From Candidatus Dojkabacteria bacterium (GTDB taxonomy: Bacteria; Patescibacteriota; Dojkabacteria; B142; OLB20): 64,000 nucleotides of DNA. Location of the stretch: contig DAOMOX010000005.1 of assembly GCA_035444565.1 (NCBI GenBank), positions 5,045-69,044 of the forward strand. The letters are read 5' to 3'. Position 1 is the stretch's first letter. Each line of letters starts with the position of its first letter. Shown here in pieces: positions 37,751 through 49,300 of this stretch. The position numbers were made by a program, and so were the translations under genes. A model generated the notes under the pieces. It was given only the letters and a program-made list of their open reading frames with translations, was not told the origin of the DNA and did no database searches.

Positions 37751-38089
37751 ATGGAAACTGCCAAATCCTCAAGTAGCTTGTTATTGAAACTTTCTGTTGC
37801 TTTTTTCTTTTTTTCACTAATTACTACACTAATAGTAGTCGGATTATTAATCTCTAGAAGCTCAGGGAAAACCTGTAACTATAACGGAACAATTTATAGC
37901 AATGGTGAAGGATTTATGGATGACTGCAATAGTTGCAGTTGCAGTGATGGAGATGTGGCCTGCACAACTATGGCTTGTGAGGTAGGTGATGAAGACATAT
38001 TCTACCCTGAGTCAGACTACGAAGATGACGAGGCTGTGGTTGATGATGAATATCCAGAAGTTACCGAAGCATTATCAGAAACCCCTTAA
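37751..38089 (+). CDS. Small secreted Cys-rich protein with an acidic tail
   Basis: Signal or anchor 'LSVAFFFFSLITTLIVVGLLI', then 'CNYNGTIYSNGEGFMDDCNSCSCSDGDVACTTMACEV' (8 Cys in 37 aa), then a D/E-rich tail. Confidence 0.45.
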   Translation: METAKSSSSLLLKLSVAFFFFSLITTLIVVGLLISRSSGKTCNYNGTIYSNGEGFMDDCNSCSCSDGDVACTTMACEVGDEDIFYPESDYEDDEAVVDDEYPEVTEALSETP

Positions 38090-38091
38090 TT

Positions 38092-38463
38092 TCAAATAAA
38101 CAAATCCAAAATTTTCGGAAGAAAGATTAAAATTGCCACATTAACAGAGAATATTGCTGAGATAAGTACTGCCCCAGCAGCTAGGTCTCTTGCATTTTTT
38201 GTAGAGTCATAACTCAAACCCAGATCATCTCTTAATTTATTACAGATATCCTCTAAAACAGTATTCACAGTTTCTAGGCTCATCACGAGGCTGAAACAGA
38301 TAAACACTGCAATCCATTCCATTAATGAAATATTGAAAAGAAGTCCGGCTACAGTGACTACTACCACAGCAATAATGTGGACACGCATATTTCTCTCTTT
38401 CGAGACCAGCGAAAGACCTCTTATTGCATGTGGGAAGCTTTTGAAGACTTTTTTAATATCCAT
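38092..38463 (-). CDS. dgkA: Diacylglycerol kinase / undecaprenol kinase family (DgkA)
   Basis: 123 aa with three TM. 'SLETVNTVLEDICN' (E..NTA.E-like) and 'KNARDLAAGAVLISAI' match DgkA catalytic motifs. Confidence 0.65.
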   Translation of the reverse strand: MDIKKVFKSFPHAIRGLSLVSKERNMRVHIIAVVVVTVAGLLFNISLMEWIAVFICFSLVMSLETVNTVLEDICNKLRDDLGLSYDSTKNARDLAAGAVLISAIFSVNVAILIFLPKILDLFI

Positions 38464-38472
38464 AGAAAAATT

Positions 38473-39840
38473 TTAGTCTGGAACGGTTATCTGTTCGACA
38501 TCTTTTGTGCTATTTTTTGGAAGCCAGCCTGTTTGGCCATTCGATAATTCAATCCTGTACCATTCTGCTGTTTCTTGGATCATTTTAAATTGTTCCCCTT
38601 CTTCGGCTAAGTAAATAACATTTGCACTCAAGCTGTTCGTCTCGTACACACGATATTTTGAATCCTGAGTGGTTAAACCGACATTTAGTTCGTCAAAAGT
38701 GGTTTGTGACTCATCGGTTTTCTCTGTTTCAGCTCCTTGCACAGAAGATGATGGCTCAACAGATGGTGTATTTGTTGCCTCTATTTGATCACTCTCTGAA
38801 TTTTGAGTAGGTGGGACAAGTTCCATCCAGCATTTTCTCTCCATAACACCAATCACATCTTGTATGAAGACTAAGTACATCAAAATCATAAAGAATAAGA
38901 AAGCTAGAAGATTGATTAATTTTTTATTCTTTTTCATTTTCTTGTTATTTTTCATTTCCTTGAATGTATAGTAAGCAGTCAATGCCAGGCCTATTAATGA
39001 TACCCCGACAAATATTGGTAATCTATTATTACTGATTACCTCTGGAGCTCCTGAACAAACTTCTTCGAAAACCTTCTCAGGAAGGACATTAAATACCACT
39101 CTATTTTCATAGAGTGATTCACCACCTACGAAAACCTTTATATTTCCATAATATTCTCCAGCAACAAGACCATGGTTTTTAATTATTGCTTTGACATCGG
39201 AGAATACATACGCTGGTGCTTGTTCAATTATATCCGTCTCTAACACAGCAATTTCTTTTTCGAGTAGATTTTGAACCGTAACTTCAACTTTCGATGGAGC
39301 AAGGTTTGTATTTCCGTTATTTTGTATCTTCAAATCAACAGTCATTTCCTCTTTCTCGTAAGTATCTGGGATACTTGCAGCTCTAATTTCTAGGTCAATT
39401 AAACTATCTTCCGTAGTGGCTAATTTAATATCAACCCTCGCACCTTTAACTATAGAAACACCTTTTACTTTTTCTTTTGGTGTAGCTAAAATTCTAAACA
39501 ACCCCGTATAATTTTTGGTTGCAGCGTCGGCTGGAATATTAACAATTACTTTTATTGGCACCCTTGTTTCCCCTACAGGTAATGTTACGTTCATACTCGG
39601 TTCAAATGTCACCCATCCATTCAATTCACCTAAGTCAGGTTCTATTATCGCTACAAGCTCTTCATCTGGATCAGACCTGGAGATAATCATATCTTGAACG
39701 TATTGTGTACCTTTCTTAAGTGAGCTATTTGTAACACCAGCAGGAGAAATTCCAAAGCCAGCATGTACAGTCTCAGGCAAGAACAAGAGTAAACTGAAAC
39801 TAAATAAGATTGTAATTAATAATTTTTTCATTGTTACCAT
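38473..39840 (-). CDS. Membrane protein with an extracytoplasmic N-domain, a central TM and a C-terminal bacterial SH3-like domain
   Basis: Signal peptide 'LLFLPETVHA'. TMs 'LPIFVGVSLIGLALTAYYTF' and 'LLAFLFFMILMYLVFI'. C-terminal 'AEWYRIELSNGQTGWLPKN' is SH3b-like. It overlaps the upstream gene by 7 nt. Confidence 0.5.
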   Translation of the reverse strand: MVTMKKLLITILFSFSLLLFLPETVHAGFGISPAGVTNSSLKKGTQYVQDMIISRSDPDEELVAIIEPDLGELNGWVTFEPSMNVTLPVGETRVPIKVIVNIPADAATKNYTGLFRILATPKEKVKGVSIVKGARVDIKLATTEDSLIDLEIRAASIPDTYEKEEMTVDLKIQNNGNTNLAPSKVEVTVQNLLEKEIAVLETDIIEQAPAYVFSDVKAIIKNHGLVAGEYYGNIKVFVGGESLYENRVVFNVLPEKVFEEVCSGAPEVISNNRLPIFVGVSLIGLALTAYYTFKEMKNNKKMKKNKKLINLLAFLFFMILMYLVFIQDVIGVMERKCWMELVPPTQNSESDQIEATNTPSVEPSSSVQGAETEKTDESQTTFDELNVGLTTQDSKYRVYETNSLSANVIYLAEEGEQFKMIQETAEWYRIELSNGQTGWLPKNSTKDVEQITVPD

Positions 39841-41591
39841 TGAACTAATTCTCCAAGTACTGATAATACGGTATTTGTTCCATTATATACACCTGGAGGA
39901 ATACCAGTAGGAATTTCTAGACCCCACCAGATGTTTTCTATTTCAGGTGAAGATGAAGATGTGGTTTTTAAAATATTAATTTCGTATTCTGTTGCTGTAG
40001 TACTTAATACAGACCCACTAGCATAAGCAGTACTGGCTGCAAGTGCGTGTTTTTGATATCCTACACCTATTACTCCACTTCCACCATCTGTCATATCAGT
40101 TCCAGACAAATCCGTATCAATACCTGTATTTCCAGTGTTTGTAACTGCTGTAATTTTATCCAATGGATCATTTTTCTGGCCTACGTCCAGTGAGCCGTAG
40201 TTTATACTGCTGGTTACATCTAAGCCTGAAACTGTGGCCACCTCTACTCCTGCACCAACTTCTACTGCATGTGTTGCTGCATCATCATCGATTGCGTTCA
40301 CTGTGTTTAACCAATTTTGTGCTGGATACTGTGAATTCGCATCTGTAGGATCAGCATGATATTGGACAACCACCGTACATGTATAGTCTGCAGTTTCATC
40401 GGTACTTCCAGAACATGTGGCACCTACAACTGTACAAGAGACTTGTGCATAGCAATAATTGTCATTGTCCTCTGCATTAGTATCGCAACCTGAGTAAGCA
40501 ATTGCACTTCTATATAAACTTGTTTCAACTGTTGTAATATCTTGACAGCTATTTTTATCTTGAACGGTTGCTGTGACGGGAACATTCAATGTATCACCTT
40601 CAGGAACTGAAATATTTGCTGCTCCATTAAGCGTTACAGAACTAACCACAGGTGCGAGATTGTTTATAATATAAGCACCTGTTCGATAATTCGATACTGA
40701 AGCAAAACTGTGACTATCAAATACATAAGCATAGTAGTTAATTGTGGTATCGGGTGCTACTGCGGCAATACTAATCTGACAGCTAGGATTTGACGCGGTA
40801 TTCGTCGATGCACAAATTTGTGTACCAGCACAGCCCGATGCGGTCGCACCAGTCGTATCTGCACAAACTACCAACTTAACAGTATCCTGAACCGTATCAC
40901 TATCTCCATCTGAGGCTGTCGCTGTGAAGGTCATAGTTCCTCCTGGATTTGCTCCCGAGTCTGCTCCACCTCCACCGTTATCTGAAACAGCTGAGAATGA
41001 AGGGTCATGGTTGACTTTGAATGGGGAACCTGTAGCACCAGTACCATCATCACCTGGGGTAGAACAACTTGCTGATGATGAGTTATTGTCGCAAACGAAT
41101 GCATACCAGTCATTGCTTTCCACATCAGTTCCTTGAGTTGTATAGGTACATGAAGCTTGAACACCTGAATCAGTTGCAGTAGAGACACACCAAGTGCTAC
41201 TTGCAGCACAAGTTGGTGCAGCGCCTCCAACTCCTGCAGTAATTGCATCGGTTTTACAAATCGCAAGATAATAATCTTCTGCATTGGAGTCTGTCGCTGT
41301 AGCTTGGAATACTACATTCGAGCCTTCGTTTGTAGGGGTTGTACCATCGCTGGCAGTACTCTCAGCAGGACCTGCTGTAAAACTCGGTGCTGAGTTTCCT
41401 ACTGTCACAGTAGTTGTGACAGTTTCGGCATGTACCAATATCTTAAAACTTAAAAGCAAAACAACTAAAAAGACAAAAAGTCCAAGGGTAATATACACAA
41501 AATTTCTTATCTTCTCTGTCGTCATCGAAATAAATATGTGTGAACTAAAATGTACCATAATTAACAATGTACTACAATCATCTAAATACAA
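39834..41591 (-). CDS. Surface protein, paralog A of the giant-protein C-terminal domain family (the likely start is the internal Met 'MTTEKIRNF')
   Basis: Signal-anchor 'ITLGLFVFLVVLLLSF'. It shares 'AEDYYLAICKTDA', 'CDTNAEDNDNYCYAQVSCT' and 'GIPPGVYNGTNTVLSVLGEL' with 41595..43292 and with the C-terminus of the 3266-aa protein. Confidence 0.6.
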   Translation of the reverse strand: MYLDDCSTLLIMVHFSSHIFISMTTEKIRNFVYITLGLFVFLVVLLLSFKILVHAETVTTTVTVGNSAPSFTAGPAESTASDGTTPTNEGSNVVFQATATDSNAEDYYLAICKTDAITAGVGGAAPTCAASSTWCVSTATDSGVQASCTYTTQGTDVESNDWYAFVCDNNSSSASCSTPGDDGTGATGSPFKVNHDPSFSAVSDNGGGGADSGANPGGTMTFTATASDGDSDTVQDTVKLVVCADTTGATASGCAGTQICASTNTASNPSCQISIAAVAPDTTINYYAYVFDSHSFASVSNYRTGAYIINNLAPVVSSVTLNGAANISVPEGDTLNVPVTATVQDKNSCQDITTVETSLYRSAIAYSGCDTNAEDNDNYCYAQVSCTVVGATCSGSTDETADYTCTVVVQYHADPTDANSQYPAQNWLNTVNAIDDDAATHAVEVGAGVEVATVSGLDVTSSINYGSLDVGQKNDPLDKITAVTNTGNTGIDTDLSGTDMTDGGSGVIGVGYQKHALAASTAYASGSVLSTTATEYEINILKTTSSSSPEIENIWWGLEIPTGIPPGVYNGTNTVLSVLGELVQW

Positions 41592-41594
41592 TAA

Positions 41595-43292
41595 TTACCA
41601 TTCTGCCAACTCACCTTTAACTGCAGTCACAGTGTTGGTTCCCGTATATACTCCAGGCGGAATTCCCAAAGGAATTTCCAGACCCCACCAAGTATTTTTT
41701 GTTTCTGGTGCTACTGCGGATGTAGTCTTGGGAACGTTTAATTCATACTCTGTCAACACAGTAGTTAGAGTAGTTCCGCTAGAGTAAGCAGTTCCAGAAT
41801 TTAGGGAGTGTTTTTGATAATTTACTCCTATAACTCCACTGCCCCCATCTGTCATATCTGTACCTGCTAGTTCTTGATCCAACCCCACATTTCCAGTGGC
41901 AGTTACAACAGTGATTTTGTCTAATGGGTCATTCTTATCTCCAATGTTTAAAGAGCCGTAGTTAATTACACTCGTGACATCGAGAGCATTCGTTGTCAGT
42001 ACCTCAACACCTGCCGGGACTTCCAGGTCATGACTTTGTGAATTATCATCGATAACTTTTACTGTGCCCAACCAGTTCTCTAGTGGGAATAAACTATCTG
42101 TAAAAGTGGAGTCAGCGTGATATTGCATATCTACATTACAATCATAATCAGCAAATTCGTCAGTACTCCCGGTACAAGTTCCTCCCGTTAACGTACACGT
42201 CACTTGGGCATAGCAGTAATTATCATTGTCTTCTGCATCGGTATCACAGGCTGGATACCCTATCCCAGAACGATAAATATTCGTTTCCACTGTGGTGACA
42301 TCCTGGCAACTGTTCAGGTCGCTAATATTTGCATTGACTGGAACACTTGTAGTAATCCCTTCCGCTAATGAAATATTTAGCGAATTGTTTAAAAACAGAG
42401 AAACAACTGTAGGTGCAACGTTGTTAATTGTGTATGTTCCAGTTTCGTAGTTTGACAATGACGCGAAGCCATGGCTATCAAACACATATGCATAATAATT
42501 ATAATTTCCATCAGGAGCTACATTTGGAATATTAATCTGACAGGTCGGATTTGATGAGACATAAGCCGAATTACAAAGTTCAACTCCGGAGCAACCAGAG
42601 GCTGTTGCACCAGTGGTGTCCGCACAAACAACTAATTTGACTGTATCTTGAAGTGTATCGACATCGTCATCATTGGATGTACCTGTGAATGTGATTGTTC
42701 CTCCTGGATTTGAGCCAGTGTCTGCCCCACCCCCACCGTCATCTGTAATCGCTGTGAAAGTTGGGTCATGGTTAACCTTAAAAGGGGAACCAGTACTCCC
42801 TGAACCTGTCGCTCCCGGTGAAGAACAACTTGCATACGTTGCGTTGTTGTCACAAACGAAGGCATACCACTCATTACTCTCTGCATCGCTATCTTGTGTG
42901 GTGTATGTACATGATGCCTGGACACCAGAATCTGTCACCGGAGACACACACCAGCTTCCACCACTACAAGTAGGCGGAGCACCTCCTACTCCAGGAACAA
43001 CTGCATCAGTTTTACAAATTATAAGATAGTAATCCTCCGCGCTAGCATCAGTTGCAGTCGTTTGGAACGTTAAATCAGCTCCGACATTTATAGGATTATT
43101 TCCATCACTAGGAGTACTAGTCTCAGGTCCAGAAGTTATAACTGGAGAGGCATTCCCAGCAGTCACAATCGTGATTACGGTCTCTGCATAGACTGCAACC
43201 TTAAACACAGCCAAAAACAAACCAATGATGATTAGATTTGTTAGTAGATTTGATTTTTTAATTTTTAAAATTCTCAATTTATTAATTTCCAC
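41595..43292 (-). CDS. Surface protein, paralog B of the giant-protein C-terminal domain family
   Basis: Signal-anchor 'LIIIGLFLAVFKVAVYA'. It aligns along its full length with 39834..41591 ('VTAGNASPVITSGPETSTPSDG', 'CDTDAEDNDNYCYAQVTCT', 'GIPPGVYTGTNTVTAVKGEL'). Confidence 0.6.
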   Translation of the reverse strand: MEINKLRILKIKKSNLLTNLIIIGLFLAVFKVAVYAETVITIVTAGNASPVITSGPETSTPSDGNNPINVGADLTFQTTATDASAEDYYLIICKTDAVVPGVGGAPPTCSGGSWCVSPVTDSGVQASCTYTTQDSDAESNEWYAFVCDNNATYASCSSPGATGSGSTGSPFKVNHDPTFTAITDDGGGGADTGSNPGGTITFTGTSNDDDVDTLQDTVKLVVCADTTGATASGCSGVELCNSAYVSSNPTCQINIPNVAPDGNYNYYAYVFDSHGFASLSNYETGTYTINNVAPTVVSLFLNNSLNISLAEGITTSVPVNANISDLNSCQDVTTVETNIYRSGIGYPACDTDAEDNDNYCYAQVTCTLTGGTCTGSTDEFADYDCNVDMQYHADSTFTDSLFPLENWLGTVKVIDDNSQSHDLEVPAGVEVLTTNALDVTSVINYGSLNIGDKNDPLDKITVVTATGNVGLDQELAGTDMTDGGSGVIGVNYQKHSLNSGTAYSSGTTLTTVLTEYELNVPKTTSAVAPETKNTWWGLEIPLGIPPGVYTGTNTVTAVKGELAEW

Positions 43293-43345
43293 ATTTCTAA
43301 ATTTCTACATTTAATCTCCTTTCTCAATATCTTAATTTCTACATT
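43289..43345. repeat. Three tandem copies of a roughly 14-bp AT-rich motif (aatttc[c/t]acattt) in the gap between the giant gene and paralog B
   Basis: 'taatttccacattt', 'taaatttctacattta' and 'ttaatttctacattta' read directly from the sequence. Confidence 0.5.
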
Positions 43346-43348
43346 TAT

Positions 43349-46300
43349 TTACGGGATGTTATCATTCTTCGCTAATACAGTATTCACACCATCATACTCC
43401 CCCAAATTCTGTCCCAGATCCAGACCGAGCCGCCAATATAAGTTTTTCGTTTGAGTTGATGGTGAAGCTGTCGGTTTTGCGAGATTAAACTGAATCCTAA
43501 AAGCAGAAGAAGTTAAATCAGTTCCACTTCCGTACGTAAAAGTACTCATAGAGTATTCCTGTTGTCCTACAGCGATTGAATCTCCTGCACATGTGGGGTA
43601 ATCAGTACACATACTGTCTCCCAGTAATTCTAAGTCAAGGATTATATTCCCTTCATTCGTCACCAAAGTAGTTTTCTCCGAACTACTATCTCCCGCCAAC
43701 ATCAAACCATAGTCAATCGAGGTAACAATATCAAGTGCAGAGAGACTTTCTACATCAGGAGCATTTGTAGCACTAAATTCGCTTCCAGTATCACTGTGAC
43801 TATCAGTTGCTTCCATCCACCCTCTCCAATATTCTGACGGCATGGTGCTATTAGCGTCTGTCGCATCAGCATGGAAATACATTGCTGCAGTACAAGTCGC
43901 AGTACAAGTATTTCCAGAACAACCAGTTAAATCACATACTGCATCTGCATAACAGTTGTTATTATCTGGTGTACAGGCTTCCGCCCCCGCAACTCCTGAT
44001 CTATATAATTTGCCAGTCACTCCTGCAATTTCTGCATTTCCATCCAAGTCGGTTATTGTTGCAGTCCAACTAACATTATGTGTCGAACCTGCAGTAAGGC
44101 TAATATTTGAAGCTCCATTTACCACGACATTCGATATTGTAGGTGCGTTATTTGTCGTACCTGATAAAACCGTTTCCCAACCAATATTATAAGGTGATAA
44201 ATCTCCGATTGAGTATATTGCTCCTACTTTTCCATTTCCTGTGTTGTTTGCATTGTAATTCGTAAAGATTTCCGTCGCATCCGTAACAAGTGTAGTACTA
44301 GTACCCCACGACCAACTCGGACCTGCGGAATAAGTAGATTTTTTAGTAAAGATATCATCGCTCGTTGAGCCAATGTATCCGAGATAAACATCATTTGTTG
44401 CAGTATCTTTGGACAATCCTAAATAGGTGTTATCTGTGTTTGCATCGAGTGAAGCATTAGTAAAATCCCAATCTCCATCATATCGATCATAATAAATATT
44501 TCCTGACGAATTTACATACGCTAGGTGAACATAATCAATAGTGCTGATAGTTTGGCCGACAGTAGAGATATTTTTATGTAGACCTGTCGGGAGACCTGTC
44601 ACGATAGAATCCTGAACTCCGGGGACGGAAGCGGCTCCGAGTAATAGGCGGTTATAGAAGACATCTGTCCCATCTGAGTAGAGATAGTCGATCTCGTTTT
44701 GAGCGTCAGGATTTGTGGATTCAACCAGTATTTCTATCTTTCCAATATAATGATTCTCAACGTTTGCTTCATTCCAAATGCGTGTACTAATAGATTGCAC
44801 CTCGTTCCATGTCCATCCGCCACTTGGGGTAGTCAAAGTGGTGTAACTTGTCCAAGAAGGTGAATTTACTGATAGATAAAGGTCGTTATAACCGCTAGAT
44901 GTATTAACTCTAATGTATGTATCACTAGGAGAAACAGAATAGCCATATGCACGTGCCTTTACCGAAACAATAGTACTAGTAGTACTTGGTGCGTTTGTAC
45001 CATCAGCACGTAAATAGTTTGTTGTTGAACTACCAAGTGCTGTAGCATAGGCGTATGTGGAATTGTCCCCATCAAATGCATTTGCATCATCTGTCCACAC
45101 ACTATCGGGGTCTTGACAGCTCGATCCTGCAGTACAATTATCAGAGTTGTCGATATAATACGTATTCGTCTGAACTGGTGCCACACCGGTTGAATCGTAA
45201 TTATTTACATAACTCCATTTCGTTTTCACGTCTTGTAAAACTCCATGTGATTCGAGTACCGTCTCACCATTCCAACTCGTACCATTATATATATCATATA
45301 CCACGTCATCTTGATCATCCTTGTAAATTACATAAATATCTGAGCCGTATATGGCAATTGAAGGTTCGTACCCAACATCAGTTTTCGAGGTAATATTTGA
45401 CCAGTTACTAGTCCAAGTAGCCCCTTCATGCTTTGCTAACGTAACATAGTTTGTTGAACTCTCTACATAGGCTATCCAAGTATCTCCCGTCTCAGGGGAA
45501 ACCGCAATCGAAGGAATTCTCTGTCCATCAGTTATATTTACACTTGAATCAACTTGGTAATTAGTAAAGCTGGTCGCATTTGTTTGATTTCCAACAACTG
45601 CATTTAATGTACCATTCGCTCTTAAAAACACTATTTCAGGAATGTTAGAATCATTTATAGTAATATCTACATCACCTGTGGGTTGCGGTGTTCCAGATGC
45701 AATCTGAACACTTGTTTGCCAAATATTATTTGTTTTATTTTTATATTTAACAGAATAGGCACCACTAAAAGTACCCTGCTCAACCCATGCAATATGCACT
45801 TCCCCATTTTGGTCTATTGTCAATGCAAGTTCTTGTAACAAGAGATTGTTATTACCCGACAATTGAATTGTAGTTCCGAAAGTATCGGTATCGATAGAAT
45901 ATGTTGTACTTTCTATAAGATTTTGGACTGCGTTGTCTGGATATATGACTTGAATATTATCGTCACTATCAATCGCAGCAGCGATAGGTCCGCCTGAATC
46001 ACATTGTTCATTATCAGTGAGAGTCCAATTAGTTCCGTCTATACTTTTCCACATCTCGCAGTTTCCACCATCATTTAGAAAATTATACAACACTCCGCTA
46101 CTAGATCTAATGATCTGTCGTCCTGCCCCAGGCATAGTTCCAAAATCACTCACATCATCTACATTCGTCGGACTCCTCCTCAAATAAAGCGAATCGTAGT
46201 AAACATCCGTCCCATCAGAATATATGTAATCTATCGTATTGGGGCCGTAGTTATTCCATTCAAAAGCTGACTTTACTTTTACATTCTGGAAAGTGCCTTC

Positions 46301-49300
46301 ATGCAACACGGTTTCGCCTGCCCAATCTGTGCCATCATATACATCATATGCGATATCATCTTGGTCATTTTCATAGAAAACATACACATCCCCATTACCT
46401 GCAATTACTAAGGATGGTTCGTAACCTGCGTTTGTATTTGATGTAATAGTTGTCCAAGTAGACCAACTATCGGCATCAGCATGTTTCGCAAGTGCAATGT
46501 AATTATTAATATCAACATACGCTGTCCATGTATCACCAGTTATTGTATTAACTAACGAAGATGTTCCTCTCTGATTCATAGTATCATTCACATCAGTATC
46601 AACATCTTGCAATGTCCACTGACCTGCACTGTCGGGATTATTATCACTACCCAAAGCTATTGTAAGATCGTTGTCTAATCCATTTATAAAGGAAATCTCA
46701 GGGATGTCTTCGTCATTTATCGTAATACTACTCGAATGACCAGCTCCTGAAATCGTCTCTATCATGACAGAGTTGGTTAACCAAGCTGTGCTTACTCGAT
46801 TATTATAATATACTTCAGATGATAAAAATTCCACTAGGAAGGCGATATGAGGCTTATTACTACTATCTATTGTGATATCTAGATAACTAATATTCAATAG
46901 AGTGTCAGAGGAACCAACTTGTTCAGGAGTATTGAACAAATCGACACCTGTCAAATAAGTAACATACCATAGTTGATCACTAAAAGAATCATCAACAATA
47001 TATGTAGCATGTATAGTATCGTTTGAATCAATTGCAATACTTACTGGTCTATCTTGCTTACAAGTTTCACTGTCCCACCCTACCCAGACTATACCATCTG
47101 TACTTTTCCACATTTCACATCTTCCGCTATCATTCACGAAAGAATAAAGTACTCCCGATTTTGTACGTACCAATTGCCTTCCTGTATTACGGAGAGCTCC
47201 AAAATCACTCGCATCGTCGATATTGACTGAATCCGGTTGGAGTTGATAGAGTTTTGCGACTTCTTCCCCAGTTATTGCTCTATCGTAAACACGAACTTCA
47301 TCTATATATCCATTCCATGGTTCACCCGCGTCTGATTCAGCTCCTATCGTAAAATTCACTGAGTTTATTAAACTATTTACATCTGCTATTGTTCCTGTTG
47401 TCGAAGATTTTGAATCAACACCATTTATATAGATTGTAGAGTTTGTTGCGCTATCGTCATCAAAAACTACTGTAACTAGATTCCATCCACTAGTTGTCAT
47501 AGTAGTTGTTGTTTCAATTAAGAATTCATCTGAACCATCAGAAACCATAAATCTAACATCATCTAAATCTCCACTTCCGTCATTTCCATCGACCCATAAT
47601 AAATACCCCACCTCTGCAGTACTCTCACTATTTCTTTTTGCGATTATCTGATCATCACCCGTAAATGTTGTTCTGTTTACCCATGCTGAAAGAGTAAAGT
47701 CAGTTGAGTCTCCAAAATTAAGTACATTACCCATTGATACATAATCTCCTGTGCCATCAAAAGTTCCGCTCTTTCCAAATCCCGAGGATATTGTAGTTGC
47801 ATCTCCTATTCTTGTACCATCATAATTGTTCAATGTTTGATCAACTACCTCTCCTGAAGTACCATTCCAAGACACTTCATTCATTTTCCAATAACCTACG
47901 AGACCTTCTTCTAGAGAATCGAAATATTCCGACTCACCACCTCCACCTATTGTCGGGAGACAAGACGCACCTGTTCCGTCCTCCCACATCGTATCTGAGT
48001 CGTCCCACCTACACCCCAATAATCCAGTATCAACTACAAATGTCGCATACATATCTTCACTAGATAGCGCAGTCAATGTTCCGTAAACATTTAAGGACGT
48101 TTGGGCGTTAGAGAGCTGATATGGAGTAGTAGTCCAAGTCCAGGTTGATGGATCTGTTGAAGCTGCTTCTGCAGAGACGACGGTTTTGTAGACATAGTCA
48201 CTTCCGTCATTATATGTTGCACCCACCCAGATATGATTTGCAGAATCAAATGATATATAAGGTCTTGAATATGTGCCAGTTTCATCCATAGCGATGGATA
48301 CGTCAGTATCCCAAGTAACATCCGTTCCACTCAAAGTACCCTGGCGGAGCTTAATACTCCCGCCATCAGCTACGGCAACTACTATATACTCAACTGTACT
48401 TATTGACCTCCACCACACTGAAAAGTCATTTGTGTCATATGGAAGTCGACCACTTGCAGTCGTTGCTGGATTTGTCCAAGTTGAACCCTCATCACTAGAA
48501 TATTTCACCTCTATCTCATCTCCATCATGATTGAAACTCCAGTATCTGGAATTTTGATCATCATAGATTACCTTTCTCTGGAAAGATGAGCCTGTTGTGT
48601 CTTGGTTTGTGGAAGTTCCAATACAACCGTTGGGGGATATTGTCCAGTTTGCACTGTTATTGCCTGAGTTGACTGAGTTGCCTGCAGTTACGGATTTTGT
48701 TGTTAAATTAATATCTTGTAAATCAACATGCGAGACCGATGCACTTGCTGATACATCTACAGCTAAAGTCGCTTGAACTCCATTTGCAGAAGTCCTAAAA
48801 CGCATCATATTGGAACAATCCGTTCCAGTCAGAGTGAGAGAACCATTAGCAACAATAGATTTTGTACCTGCAGTCCCCAACTTTACTTCTCTATCACCAG
48901 TAGCGATTTCGAGAGTGTGGAAAGAAACTGCACCATTCAAACTTTGAGATGTGTCTACTGCACTATCGAGGATTACCTTGCCATCGTTGTGTGTGAAGGT
49001 TCCATTATTAGTGAAATCTCCTGCTACACTTAGAGGTGCCGCTTGGTTTGAGGACGCTGAATATGTACCATAAGTGTTAACAAGTATATCTCCTTCAACT
49101 GTTACTTCAGCATCGTTGGTGTTTATGTCAAAAACAAGTGTTGATGGTGCTGTAGATCCAATAGTTAGATTATTCGAAACATTTAGAGTGCCAGAATTAA
49201 GAGTATAAGTCACATTTGTTAATCCAAGACTAGTACCTACCTCTAAATTATAATAATTTAGTGCAGGTATTGAAATATCATCGTATACATTGTATTTTAC

